A DNA stretch of 64,000 nt, taken from IMG/VR virus record IMGVR_UViG_3300025096_000001, positions 1 to 64,000 of that record. One strand, written 5' to 3'. The notes below the pieces were generated by a model. The model made no database searches. It was given only the letters and a program-made list of their open reading frames with translations, and was not told the DNA's origin. The DNA comes from a virus. The translations under genes were made by a program, and so were the position numbers. Every line of letters starts with the position of its first letter. Positions within the stretch are counted from its first letter, which is position 1. Shown here piece after piece: positions 49,389-59,684 of the stretch.

Positions 49389-52300
49389 CTAGTCGCTTTT
49401 AGTACATAGTTCACCCTTAGAATTAAAGGGATTTGAAACAAGATTCCTGCGAGTAATACGGGGTAAGATTCTTGCGCCGGTGGCTGGTTTAAGTGAAGCT
49501 TTAAGTTGGCCACCTATAATTTTAGCAAAATTTGGAGGCTCTGCTTCGGCAGGGTTGAAGTCTCTACTATAATAGTCTTGCTTAAATAATTTCTTAATTC
49601 TCGCTTTAGACTGCCTAAGTAGCGTTTGATCCCATTCATCCCATGTGGTGACAAACGGAGACCATGGGCCGGTTCTATCTCCATAACTAGACCATGAGGA
49701 ATTGCCTTCATACTTTGCTTTATAGTCGCCATATGCGGCATTCGGGAATGATATTTTAGCGCCGGGTTTAGTATCAAAGTTTGGCTCTAACCAATCACTA
49801 TCAAGATTTCTTAATGTATCTCCATCTTCAACTGTTTTTTCGCCGATTGAGGCTAAGAACCCGAGGTCATTATATATTGCCAAAATGGATACTATTTTCT
49901 TTGAAGAAAAGATATAATCATTTACTATTTTAAATCTGTCGTCTTGTTTTAGCTTATTTAACACGCAAAGTAGAAGCTTACTGTTCGCTTCTAGCGGCCC
50001 TAATTGTCCGATTTTCACATCTACTGCGTCTATTTCACCCTCGGCCAATAAATATTTCCTACCATCTATTCCAATAGATAATTGGGCGCCATATCGGATG
50101 CCAAGATTTCCTTCAATACCAATCGGGGCGGCCGCTTCATTCTCCGCGGCGCCGGTGCGGGATTCAGTTGTGCCCGCCTCTGCTTGGCCGGGAGGATACA
50201 CTAACCTTAAATCTCCAGGGTAAACATCGGATATATTTAAATTTAGATCATTAACAGAGGTAACACTATTAATAGCTGCTGTTGGATTATATTTTTGACC
50301 ATTAACAGAAATATATTTCTCCAGTATAAAAGGCATTTCTTCGTCACCCAAGTTAAACCCTCCAGCTCCATATTCAGCAATATCTCCAATCTCCACAATC
50401 ATTTTGTTTGCAAACGGATTTAATTCTTCATGTTCATCGCCGGTTTCAAATTCACCAGCCATGTACAGAACATTTCCGTCTTCATCACTTTGTATGTGAT
50501 AATATCCTACATATTCTTTACCATCCGGTGTACTAAGTTCAGCGCCATTTGTAAAATGTTCTTCACCTTCTGTTGGGAGACTAGTTGGAGTTTCAACCAA
50601 TTCTTTATCTAAATCAAGGCCGTCGGCTCCTTGACACATATTTGAAAACAAGTAATATGCCAAGTCAGTATATTTGGGAGCCATTCCAACATCGTCTAAA
50701 TTTTCTGTTAGAATTTCGCCCATTGCTTGTAGTTCTATCAAGACCATTTCCTTTAATACAGTTTTGGCATCTTCTTCAGTGGCCTGAACAAACTCAAATG
50801 CTTTTTCACCTCGGTACCCCTTGAGGGTTTGAAAAAAGCCGGTTTCATCAAGTTTCTTTGCTTCTTTAAGATCACTCCTGTAAGGATATTTATATTTTTC
50901 TTGAGCATCATTAATCCTCAGAAGAGCCTGTAAAACTGCTTCTGGTGGATCTACTACTTGACCGTCATCTACTAAACGTCCATAAGTTTGTACAGACTGT
51001 TCTAAAAACGCAAACCAAAATTCATCATCTTTAAAGGGGTTGAAAAACTCCCAAAATGCTTTTTGAGAATCTCTAAACGATTTTTCCATAACCTCAACAA
51101 TGTATTGGGCGTAAATTGCGCTATAAACATTATAGAAATCTGGCTTAAACGTTGTAAACGTAGCCATAGACTTCATTATATGCACAGTACCATAAATTCT
51201 ACAAGCTGCTTTTATTAGGCCTTGTATATTAGCTTTGCCCGGGCGCTCTAAAATACGGTTATATGGGGCTTCGACTACACAATCTGGATCTGATTTGAGT
51301 CTTTGATCTTCGGGAATACTGTTATACGTCGAAGATACTTCTCCCTGTATCGCTCCAAAATCAATCAAATCCGTACTTCTTGGTTTACACGGGCTATAAT
51401 CTGGAAATAAAACATCAACAAACCCAAGCCAGCCATCATTTTTGAGTGGCTTTATATAAACCGCTGGATTTTTATAACTACCACCGTAGGTTGTTGGATC
51501 TAAATAAAATATCCTAGCATCGTCATCGCCGGCCTCAAATTGATTTCTGCTGACACCTAAAATCATATCGTCATTTGTTAATTTATCGCCGTCGATCTTG
51601 GCATCTTCATATAATGTGCCGGCGGGAGAATCTGTTTGGCCGCGTTTGACCACATATTCAGCATCCTCTATGGAGAGATCGTCATATTTAGCGCCATAAT
51701 TAAAGGCAGCATCATTTGCTGCAATTTCGGCTGCAAATTTTTCAAACATCTCTCCCATAAATGTGTCATAAAAATTTCTTAATCGGGTTTCTGATGGAGC
51801 GTCTCCATTGTTATTTTGTTGTAATAATTCCCTGAACAGGACAATTTGAGGTATGTAAGTTTTTTTGCTCTCGAAACAATCAGAAAAGTTTGGATATTGT
51901 TCAGTATCAACGCCATCGAATGTGTTATCAATGGCCACAAACTCAAATAAGCGATCCGTTACGGTCTCTTCTTTACCCTTTTTATTCTTTTTATAGTCCT
52001 TCCACTCATCGTTCGTCATCATATTCTTAAGATCTGCTTTAGAGCCTGCGGATGGATTATAGAGTTCTGTTATTTTGATTCTGGTGGTATCCAAAGGTTC
52101 AAAATAACTACCGAGATGGGACGTAACATCTTCAGGGTTCTTTTCCAACTCTGCCAAATAGACATTCAGTCTAAAACCATAAAGCCATGGCGTGTCATCG
52201 TGTTCTCTTCTTCCTTTGTTGTTATCTTTAAAATTAAGTTGTACATCATAATCTTTTTTACGAGCTATTTTTACTATCTTAACTGCTGGCTCACCATTCT

Positions 52301-55300
52301 TTGTGGTTGCAGTAAACTCAGTACCATATCCCAGATCCGGAATTGATATCATATCAACACCTCTTTTCTGGGATGCTATTTCTTCCATAGTTTTCTTGTA
52401 AGACACTTTATCTTTTATAGTATTAACCGACGAGAAATCAATATTCATATCTTTTAGCTGCGTCTGCAGCCACGGTGCAATCTTGGTTGGATAGTTACCT
52501 CTTTGTCTAAAAACCGGGGCCGGATCTGGGATCTGCCACCACTTGTTGTCATCTTCGCCGGGATCCCCCTCACTAATAAAATCTACGTATTTAGCTCGAT
52601 TAAAAGCTTTTCTATAGTGTGTAGTTAATGGGCTGCCCATCGTGTCTGCCAAGATTAAATTAACGAAGCCCCAAGAGCCGAAGCCGAGGAATCCTCCATT
52701 ACCAAGCATGTCCTCAGTATAATCTTTACGTAAAGATTCCAGGCCGGCTCCTAAAGCCACGGCTGCGGCAGCTTTTTGTTCATCAGACTCAAAGGGTAAT
52801 AGACCGTCATCACACCCGGGTTCTGATATTAAAGGTGGTAATATGTCCTGTGGATCCATTGGATCGTTCATAAATTTGGTTAAAGCTTCTAAGTCGTCTC
52901 CTAATTCATCTTGAATATCATCAAACATTTGTCGGCACTGTTCTGGAGAGGCACGACCTTCTAATATTGTACACCTGAGATCTCTGAAATCCTCAAGCTG
53001 TTCTGGGGTAGCACATAGAGAGGGGTTTGCCGGATAATCATCGTCCTCTGGGAGTTCATTTACAAAGTCTTTCATAGCCTTTTTCACATCTTCTGGCATA
53101 AGTTTACCTACATTGCCCATGAAATCGCCAATTGATGCTTTTGTCGGGAAAGCATCGGCAAACTGTGGATATTCATTTTGAATAATCTGATATACTCCTC
53201 CGGCGAATTGTGGTGACATGTCACCGTTGAATGCGTTCATCATCTCAGACCTTGTTGCAAAACTTGACATATCTTCTGTAAGTGCTATAACCGCATCTTT
53301 ATCCGCCAAGGCTGCGCCGCCGACACCAAGCTTCTCAAACATTTCAGCTATAGTATCTTCAACTTGTTCTTTATCAGCACCCTCTCCGCAGATGGCCTCT
53401 TTAATTGCGTCAGCAAATGTAGACCGACCAGCTATAATAGAAGGCAACGATGCTGCAACTGATCCTACCGCCTCAAGGGCCTTACATAATGCACTACCTA
53501 ACAATTCGCATATTTTAACTAATATGCGCATAATAATCGATATGATAGCTTTTTGAATTGCACACATTAGAGCTAACCAAAGCAGCTTGGTCAAATCTTT
53601 AAGGGTTGGGATCCACCCAAATGGGTTTGATAGCATCGGTAGTGTTATCCCCTTGGTGTTACGACACCATGGTAGATCAATATCCTTAATGAAATCAGTA
53701 AAACTAGGATCAAAGATGGGAGGCCTAGGGCAGTCTGCCATGGCCAATAACTTGGCGATCATCTGGGCGCCGGGGTATTTGTTAAGCATGTCGACAACTG
53801 ATAACAAGTCATCTTTATAAACATCGATTAATGCTAGAATATAAGCCTCTAAAACAACATTTGGACTTAATTGTTGAGCATCATTTTGAGAAACATCAAA
53901 TTGTTGGGCTAAAGTGCGGCGTGTAACTTGAGAACCCTGTTGTGAAGTCGCATGATTACGGACTGAAGCCTGTGTTGTGTCGGTATCCGATTCAGCTTTT
54001 GTTGCTTGATCCCATGGTTTTGTCCACTTTAATTTACCTGAGACTGTATCAGAGGCCACCGCGGCGCCGCCATCCTGTGCGGATCCGGATGCATCTTTAA
54101 AAATATCGCCGCTTTCAAGTTTTTTCATTACTAAGGCTTCAAGTTCGGCTTGCTTCTCTGGTGGTAATCCAATAAAGAAGTCTCCGAGATTATCAATCGA
54201 CATTGATGTTAGGGCAGACTTAATAATTCTTGATAGGGCCTCTTCTAATGATAAGCCGCCTAACAAACAACCAACCGTATCCATCAGAAGATCCATTAAG
54301 CCACAAAGTTTAATTCTTACCAGCCCTTCGGCATATAACGTATCTAAGAAACTTTGTGCGGCGCCTCCTCCTCCGCCACCTGCGGAGGCACAGCCGAAGG
54401 AAAGACCACCACTAAAGCCAGTTAAAATCCTAGCACACAGGCTCATAAATACAGCATCGTTGTCCTCTAACTCCTTAAAGGCTTGGTCGGTGGCCATGGC
54501 GAATAGATTTGTTGGTTCACCAGTATTAGGATCCATTAAAATTCCAAGCTTGCCTTGGTTCTCAAGCTCTTCGCCTAATGACTTTTTGCAAATCTGCTTA
54601 TTGAACTGGAAGGCAATGGCATCACCGATGCCGAGGATATCATCCATGATATCGTCACCAAGCTGTTTTGTCTGCTCTGCTAAGGCGTCTCCAACACAAC
54701 TCATTGCCGTTTCGGGTGTATCCCCAAAATTACCGGGCCAGTTAAAGGTATCTAGGACCTTTGGTACTGTGAATTCTTTTACGAAATCAGTCCACTCTAC
54801 AGCTTCTCGCGCGCTGAGTCGCGAGTCAATCTTGTCAAGTTGCGAAAAGTAGGCTTGGGCTACTGGATCTTTGTATGATTCTCTTCTGTTCAATGCCTTA
54901 AGTTTTCTTTTTCCGAACCGTTTTGGCTTTTCTCCACAGCCAACAGTCCATGCACGAAGTTTTGTAAGTTTATAATCCTCATTCCAAGTAAATTCTAGTT
55001 TTGTAACACGATCTCTTCCGATTGAAAGAGAACCAACTCCAAAAATGTTTAAATCATGGTCATTGAGGAAACCATCTAAATCTTTAACCACATCAGCCAT
55101 AATAGAATTTGGCCATAGGCCGGCGTCACCATACCTATCAAACTCGGTGGTTGTCCATTTTGTACCCTCTTTAGGGCCGGATTGCCACACCAAATGACCT
55201 TTATTAACAAATGCCAACACTCGATATAATCTAGAATACAAATTCATTGCTTTTCTGAATTTTATCATCTTTGTTTGTATGAAGTCGGCTTCCATTGTTA

Positions 55301-55832
55301 CCGTTATTGGGCCGGTGTTTTCTTCTTCCTCATCATCGTCGTCGTCTTCATCGGCGGCCGGCAAAGAAGCAAGATCTTCAAACGGAATCGAGTATAAAAG
55401 TTTTAAGTAAGATCCGGTGCGAGCTTCAAGGTGGTATTTCTGAAATTCTAATGATTCTGATACAGTTTCTATATTGGATTCGTTGTATGCCCTATCAAAG
55501 TTAGTTAACATTTCTTCGATTGCTGCGGCCTTATGTTCCTCAAACACAGTCTCAACATAATCATCTGGATTATAATATTCTGGGCTAAGTAGACTTGTAA
55601 TGCTGGTTGGTATTACAGCCTGTACCTTACAAAACTTTTCATTTAGCCAAGATTGGGTCTCAGTTTGTTCTCTCCAATTTGGCGCCACAAAATTCGGATT
55701 AGGCTGGCACGGGGGACATTTTGGACCATCTGCGACAGAAATTAGATCGTCACATTTGTCGTTTAATCCATCTCCGTTTTTGTCTTGAAAATTTATAAAA
55801 TTAGACTTATTATATACTGTGTCATCTGCCAC
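49389..55832 (-). CDS. giant (2147 aa) virion protein in the baseplate module (tape-measure or internal/ejected protein candidate)
   Basis: - GTG start with AAGGGAGAG 5 nt upstream.
- The N-terminal DKNGDGLNDKCDD is a thrombospondin-type-3-like Ca-binding motif.
- There is an acidic run DEDDDDDEEEE.
- Central hydrophobic helices read LLWLALMCAIQKAIISIIMRILV. Confidence 0.4.
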   Translation of the reverse strand: MADDTVYNKSNFINFQDKNGDGLNDKCDDLISVADGPKCPPCQPNPNFVAPNWREQTETQSWLNEKFCKVQAVIPTSITSLLSPEYYNPDDYVETVFEEHKAAAIEEMLTNFDRAYNESNIETVSESLEFQKYHLEARTGSYLKLLYSIPFEDLASLPAADEDDDDDEEEENTGPITVTMEADFIQTKMIKFRKAMNLYSRLYRVLAFVNKGHLVWQSGPKEGTKWTTTEFDRYGDAGLWPNSIMADVVKDLDGFLNDHDLNIFGVGSLSIGRDRVTKLEFTWNEDYKLTKLRAWTVGCGEKPKRFGKRKLKALNRRESYKDPVAQAYFSQLDKIDSRLSAREAVEWTDFVKEFTVPKVLDTFNWPGNFGDTPETAMSCVGDALAEQTKQLGDDIMDDILGIGDAIAFQFNKQICKKSLGEELENQGKLGILMDPNTGEPTNLFAMATDQAFKELEDNDAVFMSLCARILTGFSGGLSFGCASAGGGGGGAAQSFLDTLYAEGLVRIKLCGLMDLLMDTVGCLLGGLSLEEALSRIIKSALTSMSIDNLGDFFIGLPPEKQAELEALVMKKLESGDIFKDASGSAQDGGAAVASDTVSGKLKWTKPWDQATKAESDTDTTQASVRNHATSQQGSQVTRRTLAQQFDVSQNDAQQLSPNVVLEAYILALIDVYKDDLLSVVDMLNKYPGAQMIAKLLAMADCPRPPIFDPSFTDFIKDIDLPWCRNTKGITLPMLSNPFGWIPTLKDLTKLLWLALMCAIQKAIISIIMRILVKICELLGSALCKALEAVGSVAASLPSIIAGRSTFADAIKEAICGEGADKEQVEDTIAEMFEKLGVGGAALADKDAVIALTEDMSSFATRSEMMNAFNGDMSPQFAGGVYQIIQNEYPQFADAFPTKASIGDFMGNVGKLMPEDVKKAMKDFVNELPEDDDYPANPSLCATPEQLEDFRDLRCTILEGRASPEQCRQMFDDIQDELGDDLEALTKFMNDPMDPQDILPPLISEPGCDDGLLPFESDEQKAAAAVALGAGLESLRKDYTEDMLGNGGFLGFGSWGFVNLILADTMGSPLTTHYRKAFNRAKYVDFISEGDPGEDDNKWWQIPDPAPVFRQRGNYPTKIAPWLQTQLKDMNIDFSSVNTIKDKVSYKKTMEEIASQKRGVDMISIPDLGYGTEFTATTKNGEPAVKIVKIARKKDYDVQLNFKDNNKGRREHDDTPWLYGFRLNVYLAELEKNPEDVTSHLGSYFEPLDTTRIKITELYNPSAGSKADLKNMMTNDEWKDYKKNKKGKEETVTDRLFEFVAIDNTFDGVDTEQYPNFSDCFESKKTYIPQIVLFRELLQQNNNGDAPSETRLRNFYDTFMGEMFEKFAAEIAANDAAFNYGAKYDDLSIEDAEYVVKRGQTDSPAGTLYEDAKIDGDKLTNDDMILGVSRNQFEAGDDDARIFYLDPTTYGGSYKNPAVYIKPLKNDGWLGFVDVLFPDYSPCKPRSTDLIDFGAIQGEVSSTYNSIPEDQRLKSDPDCVVEAPYNRILERPGKANIQGLIKAACRIYGTVHIMKSMATFTTFKPDFYNVYSAIYAQYIVEVMEKSFRDSQKAFWEFFNPFKDDEFWFAFLEQSVQTYGRLVDDGQVVDPPEAVLQALLRINDAQEKYKYPYRSDLKEAKKLDETGFFQTLKGYRGEKAFEFVQATEEDAKTVLKEMVLIELQAMGEILTENLDDVGMAPKYTDLAYYLFSNMCQGADGLDLDKELVETPTSLPTEGEEHFTNGAELSTPDGKEYVGYYHIQSDEDGNVLYMAGEFETGDEHEELNPFANKMIVEIGDIAEYGAGGFNLGDEEMPFILEKYISVNGQKYNPTAAINSVTSVNDLNLNISDVYPGDLRLVYPPGQAEAGTTESRTGAAENEAAAPIGIEGNLGIRYGAQLSIGIDGRKYLLAEGEIDAVDVKIGQLGPLEANSKLLLCVLNKLKQDDRFKIVNDYIFSSKKIVSILAIYNDLGFLASIGEKTVEDGDTLRNLDSDWLEPNFDTKPGAKISFPNAAYGDYKAKYEGNSSWSSYGDRTGPWSPFVTTWDEWDQTLLRQSKARIKKLFKQDYYSRDFNPAEAEPPNFAKIIGGQLKASLKPATGARILPRITRRNLVSNPFNSKGELCTKSD

Positions 55833-55850
55833 GGTTTCTCTCCCTTAAAA

Positions 55851-56831
55851 TCATGTAGCGAATACATTGCCGCTGCAGACATATTTGTCGCCAAAAGGCA
55901 TAGTATAGTTAACATTGAAAAATGATTTATTGGCTCTCATGTGCCACAACGGACTTAATACCTCAGTTAGATATCTTGTATTGGTGAAAGCGGTCATTGT
56001 TGCATACCAAGGGCATGACCAGTTAATTCCGAGAGTAGCAAATAAGTAAACGTTGTATAAGGCCATGTTAAAAACCGCCGACCAAAGGCCGTCTACTATA
56101 TTAGATAAGTCTCTGAGTGCGTCTCTGACGTTTTCGCCTTTTGCTACACCCTGCAAAACCCTAATTTCTGGACCGATGCCAAGAAAGCCGGCCTCACTTT
56201 TAGTGTTCCCCGCTATCAATTCTATTGGGGGTGCGGGCTGAGATATTTTACCACCTCTAGAGTTTGTTTCTCCGTTAGAGCCGTGGCCCTTAAATGCATA
56301 TGAGCGACCTGAAACTATTTTAACTCCTTCGCGACCAATTACTCTGACTACATCCGCTTTTATACCAATACCGGCGCGGCCTTTAATAGTGCCGGCCTGG
56401 CCAGGCTCACAACCAAAGTTTGTATCAATATCAGTCAGTTGACTAATATAAATTCTTGCAGCATCGCCGCTAAAAGAATTGTTAACCCATGCGCCATCAT
56501 CCAGTTTTGGATTGGAGGACATTCTTCCAACCACCAAATCAATAGTATTTGCTGCTGTGGCGCCTTTTCCACCATACCCAGATTCCACTCCTGACGGCCG
56601 GTCGGCGCCAATAACAATTCCACAATTTTTATTCGAATCAGTGAACAACATATTATTGCCGGCAGCGACGAAGTTTCTCCGGGGTTGTTGGACCACCGAA
56701 TTATACAGACCGGAATGATCTGCAACATTGTTAACGGCGCGCCCTTCAGCCTGTGCTTGCTCTGGGCTTAATATTAAATTTTCTCTTAGAGTCGATAGAT
56801 AGTTATTATTGCTGATTGGTGTTGTTGTCAT
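55851..56831 (-). CDS. baseplate-module protein (possible hub/spike component)
   Basis: 326 aa and Gly-rich, with beta-like repeats (IGIKADVVRVIGREGVKIVSG). Assignment is by position upstream of the gp25-like and J-like genes. Confidence 0.3.
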   Translation of the reverse strand: MTTTPISNNNYLSTLRENLILSPEQAQAEGRAVNNVADHSGLYNSVVQQPRRNFVAAGNNMLFTDSNKNCGIVIGADRPSGVESGYGGKGATAANTIDLVVGRMSSNPKLDDGAWVNNSFSGDAARIYISQLTDIDTNFGCEPGQAGTIKGRAGIGIKADVVRVIGREGVKIVSGRSYAFKGHGSNGETNSRGGKISQPAPPIELIAGNTKSEAGFLGIGPEIRVLQGVAKGENVRDALRDLSNIVDGLWSAVFNMALYNVYLFATLGINWSCPWYATMTAFTNTRYLTEVLSPLWHMRANKSFFNVNYTMPFGDKYVCSGNVFAT

Positions 56832-56891
56832 GTTTATTCCATGTTATTAAGTAAAGTAAGATATAATAATATTTGTTTAAAGGGTAACTAT

Positions 56892-58364
56892 TCAAGTTGT
56901 CGATGGTGAGGGCGGTGTATACGCACTTTCACTGGGTAGATACTTCATTATAGTATAATATGGGCCGCGCATACCCGGCTGGGACATGCCGGCTGGAGTT
57001 CGGAGATAGTTGCCGTCGGCGTCAAGGGCCGCCGTACGAGATATTGACACCGACTCGCTGAGATTGCCTCCCGATAGATATGCTGTTCTATTAGCAAGAT
57101 CAATCCTATAGACCACATCGCCATGACAATTTATGATCGTAGGCCGGTTCGCGCCATTGTACACAGTTAGCAGAATATCGCCGATTTCTGCTTTAATATG
57201 ACCTAAACCAACGAGGTTTGCCGGCTGTGCTTCATAAACTTCCCAGTTGGGATGTTCCATGTAGAATTGGTGTGCGGAACTTGAGGCAAACTCCGGGTTA
57301 TTTGTAAGAGGGCCTGCTTCGTCAAAGGTACCGTCACCGTTGTCTATTTGGGTCGTATCCCAGCCGTTGGGGTGGAGTGCTCGATAGAAAATATAGCTAA
57401 TATATACTGCTGACCAGTGGGCTATAGGTTCCCCACTAAGAACATTATTTTGGACCCAACTGTCATCTCTCTCAGGCCGAGTGGCCCTCCAATACCAATA
57501 GAGTATATTATATTCGTCGGAGTCTAGGTTGACGGCGTTATTCTCCACCAGCGGAGTAGAAAAGGGGGGGAGGCCGTTCCATCGGTTGTTTTCAGAATTC
57601 ACATAGGTTTCGATGAGGCCTCGGGCGGCTGATGACATCCGCGAGGTTACTTGCATGCCTGTTGCTGCTGTAGCTGTTGCGAGAGCTTTTAATGCTCGTA
57701 TGTCAGATTCCATCTTGGCACTACCGGCCGCACCAAAGAGGCCTGAATTGAAGTTTGCCATAGATGCATCACCAACACGAGAGCCATCAAAGCGATCAAA
57801 AAGTGCTTTGAGACTTCCACATTCGGCTTGTAGTATTGCTTCGTTATATTCGCCGGCCGAAGACATAGCTATTCTATCAAATTTCGCATATTGCAAATTA
57901 ACTTTGGCCCAGCCGGCAGAAAGCTCAACATCAACTATATCACCGATGGCTGGTACCGTTCCTACAAAGTTGTCACCCGAGATGAACTTGGTGTGTTTCT
58001 TTGTCAATATAGCAGCTGACATAGGATCCGAAGTGGCGGACATGGCACAAGGGTTTCCCCACAAAGAGTGGGGAGTTGTGTTTCCCGGGACGCCCGGGCA
58101 TGCATGAATTCTGCCATAAAAATAAAACTGGCCAAAATCATTCTGGTTTGTAGGTCCAGAGCGGCCATGGTTCATAAACGCGTTCACTTTTGATGAGCGC
58201 ACAGGCAATGGTCGACTTAAGACTATAACCACAAACTTTGTTTGGCCGGCCCACTTGTCCTGCTCCATGGATCGCCTATTAGAGTTACCTGTCAGTTCTC
58301 TGGAACCTATGCGGTCACTGAACTCTCCGGGGTCTATAGAAGTTGTATTATTGCGAGTAGACAT
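56892..58364 (-). CDS. tail-associated protein with C-terminal DUF2272-like (putative cell-wall-binding/hydrolase-like) domain
   Basis: AHWSAVYISYIF (nt 57387..57422), SSAHQFYMEH and GDILLTV...CHGDVVYRID...LSGGNLSESVS resemble the WSAAFISW / H..Y / GD...H.DIV...GGN..dsV blocks of DUF2272. This assignment is from memory. Confidence 0.4.
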   Translation of the reverse strand: MSTRNNTTSIDPGEFSDRIGSRELTGNSNRRSMEQDKWAGQTKFVVIVLSRPLPVRSSKVNAFMNHGRSGPTNQNDFGQFYFYGRIHACPGVPGNTTPHSLWGNPCAMSATSDPMSAAILTKKHTKFISGDNFVGTVPAIGDIVDVELSAGWAKVNLQYAKFDRIAMSSAGEYNEAILQAECGSLKALFDRFDGSRVGDASMANFNSGLFGAAGSAKMESDIRALKALATATAATGMQVTSRMSSAARGLIETYVNSENNRWNGLPPFSTPLVENNAVNLDSDEYNILYWYWRATRPERDDSWVQNNVLSGEPIAHWSAVYISYIFYRALHPNGWDTTQIDNGDGTFDEAGPLTNNPEFASSSAHQFYMEHPNWEVYEAQPANLVGLGHIKAEIGDILLTVYNGANRPTIINCHGDVVYRIDLANRTAYLSGGNLSESVSISRTAALDADGNYLRTPAGMSQPGMRGPYYTIMKYLPSESAYTPPSPSTT

Positions 58365-58658
58365 TTAACTTTCTGCTCCTTGTATTATATCAAACAACTC
58401 ATCTTTCTCTTGTTCACTTAACTCTATGGTTCCAACAGAAGATTTTTGTTTAAGTCCTATGATTTTTACTAATTGTTCGTTGGATCTCTGCATTGTTTCT
58501 ATGTGTTTGGCTGCTACTGGACTAAGGTATTTATTTTGCTCGGCATCGAGGGCAATTTGATTTGCTATCTCATTAAGAAACTCTCGGGCCATTTTTCGAT
58601 CATCTCGAATATTGCCAAGAGCCTCTCCTATTAAGTTATCCAAATCTTTCTTGCTCAC
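58365..58658 (-). CDS. hypothetical protein
   Basis: 97 aa. GTG start in a GTGA overlap with the sigma gene stop. Confidence 0.4.
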   Translation of the reverse strand: MSKKDLDNLIGEALGNIRDDRKMAREFLNEIANQIALDAEQNKYLSPVAAKHIETMQRSNEQLVKIIGLKQKSSVGTIELSEQEKDELFDIIQGAES

Positions 58659-59371
58659 AATTGTCCACCTTCCCAGTCATGCTTAAACGAGTAATATTTC
58701 TTACGAAACTTCTTCAACGAATTTACAATTTGCTTTGTATTAAGACCGGTTATTTCACGTAGGTATAAATAAATAGCTTTTTTATTAAAAATTTCTATAT
58801 CTTCTTTCGATTCGAACAATACTATAATTGCTTTGTAAACTTTCAAATCATTTTCTTTCATCTGGTTCTCGTCCCAAGACTTGATCTCAGAATAAAATGA
58901 TTTCCAAAATTCATCCTCTTCTCTTATCGTGAGGTAGGATTCGCTAGTAGATAGAAATTCCTCCTCATACGATTTAGAGATATTATCAAAATCTATCTCT
59001 CTTTTATTTCTCTTCTGCTGGCGCTTAACTTTATGTATGAACCAGTTTTTTGTAATGACAGAAAAGTATGAAAATGCTTTAGATCCTTTATTTGGATCAT
59101 ATTTATCCAATATTGTCATTAGCCATATTTTGCACTCATCGCGGAGATAATCACAGTTAGGAAGGCTAGTAAACTTATATGTAAATACGATCTTGTCAAC
59201 CATCTGGTTGAATGCCGGCTGGATCCACTTTACATATAATTCTGTTCTCTCGCGGGTGCAAGTTGTATTACTATACCTTATTATTGCGTCTTCGTGTTCT
59301 TGCGTAAAATAATGATTTTTGGTTCTTTTTCTACGTCGTCTCTTGACTGGTTGTTTCTTCTGAATCGTCAT
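58655..59371 (-). CDS. sigma-70-family RNA polymerase sigma factor (phage-encoded)
   Basis: ILDKYDPNKGSKAFSYFSVITKNWFIHKVKRQQKR matches region 2 (FDpxkGxxFstYaxxxIrnxI). The C-terminal IYLYLREITGLNTKQIVNSLKKFRKK is a region 4.2-like HTH. The ORF-track start is TTG 59380; I prefer the ATG at 59371. Confidence 0.6.
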   Translation of the reverse strand: MTIQKKQPVKRRRRKRTKNHYFTQEHEDAIIRYSNTTCTRERTELYVKWIQPAFNQMVDKIVFTYKFTSLPNCDYLRDECKIWLMTILDKYDPNKGSKAFSYFSVITKNWFIHKVKRQQKRNKREIDFDNISKSYEEEFLSTSESYLTIREEDEFWKSFYSEIKSWDENQMKENDLKVYKAIIVLFESKEDIEIFNKKAIYLYLREITGLNTKQIVNSLKKFRKKYYSFKHDWEGGQL

Positions 59372-59684
59372 CCGTTTCAAATTCCTCTCTTTCTTCTTCA
59401 GTTTCAGTTAAAATGTAAATAAATTCAAATGTTTCAAGTTGTTCATCAAACGATCTTGCGTGATCAACTAAGGCGCTTAGTGTGGCGTCTCCATAAAACA
59501 TTTCTGTATTGTATACCGATTGAATGTGGTTAGAAAACGATGCGACCATGGCTTTTAAATCACCCAACTCCTCTGACACCCATAGAAGGCGCAGTATCGC
59601 TTGGCGTGCGTATGCAAAAACCCCTATATTAAAAATTATAGATATGGTCAAAACACTCGATAATATAATTTCAAGTCGGCTCAT
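59331..59684 (-). CDS. single-pass membrane protein with acidic C-terminal tail, overlapping the sigma gene start
   Basis: The N-terminal TM is ILSSVLTISIIFNIGVFAYA. GAGGAAAA lies 6 nt upstream. It overlaps the sigma gene by 41 nt. Confidence 0.5.
   Translation of the reverse strand: MSRLEIILSSVLTISIIFNIGVFAYARQAILRLLWVSEELGDLKAMVASFSNHIQSVYNTEMFYGDATLSALVDHARSFDEQLETFEFIYILTETEEEREEFETDDDSEETTSQETT

Noticed and set aside
1728-56728. Short minus-strand ORFs nested out of frame inside larger genes (for example 1728..1970, 8523..8717, 8721..8933, 13087..13299, 16211..16423, 16721..17020, 17356..17538, 18324..18560, 21138..21467, 22179..22382, 25345..25659, 33272..33718, 39857..40063, 46440..46790, 49514..49777 and 56435..56728).
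   Set aside because: They lie completely or largely inside better-supported reading frames and have no independent motif or SD support.
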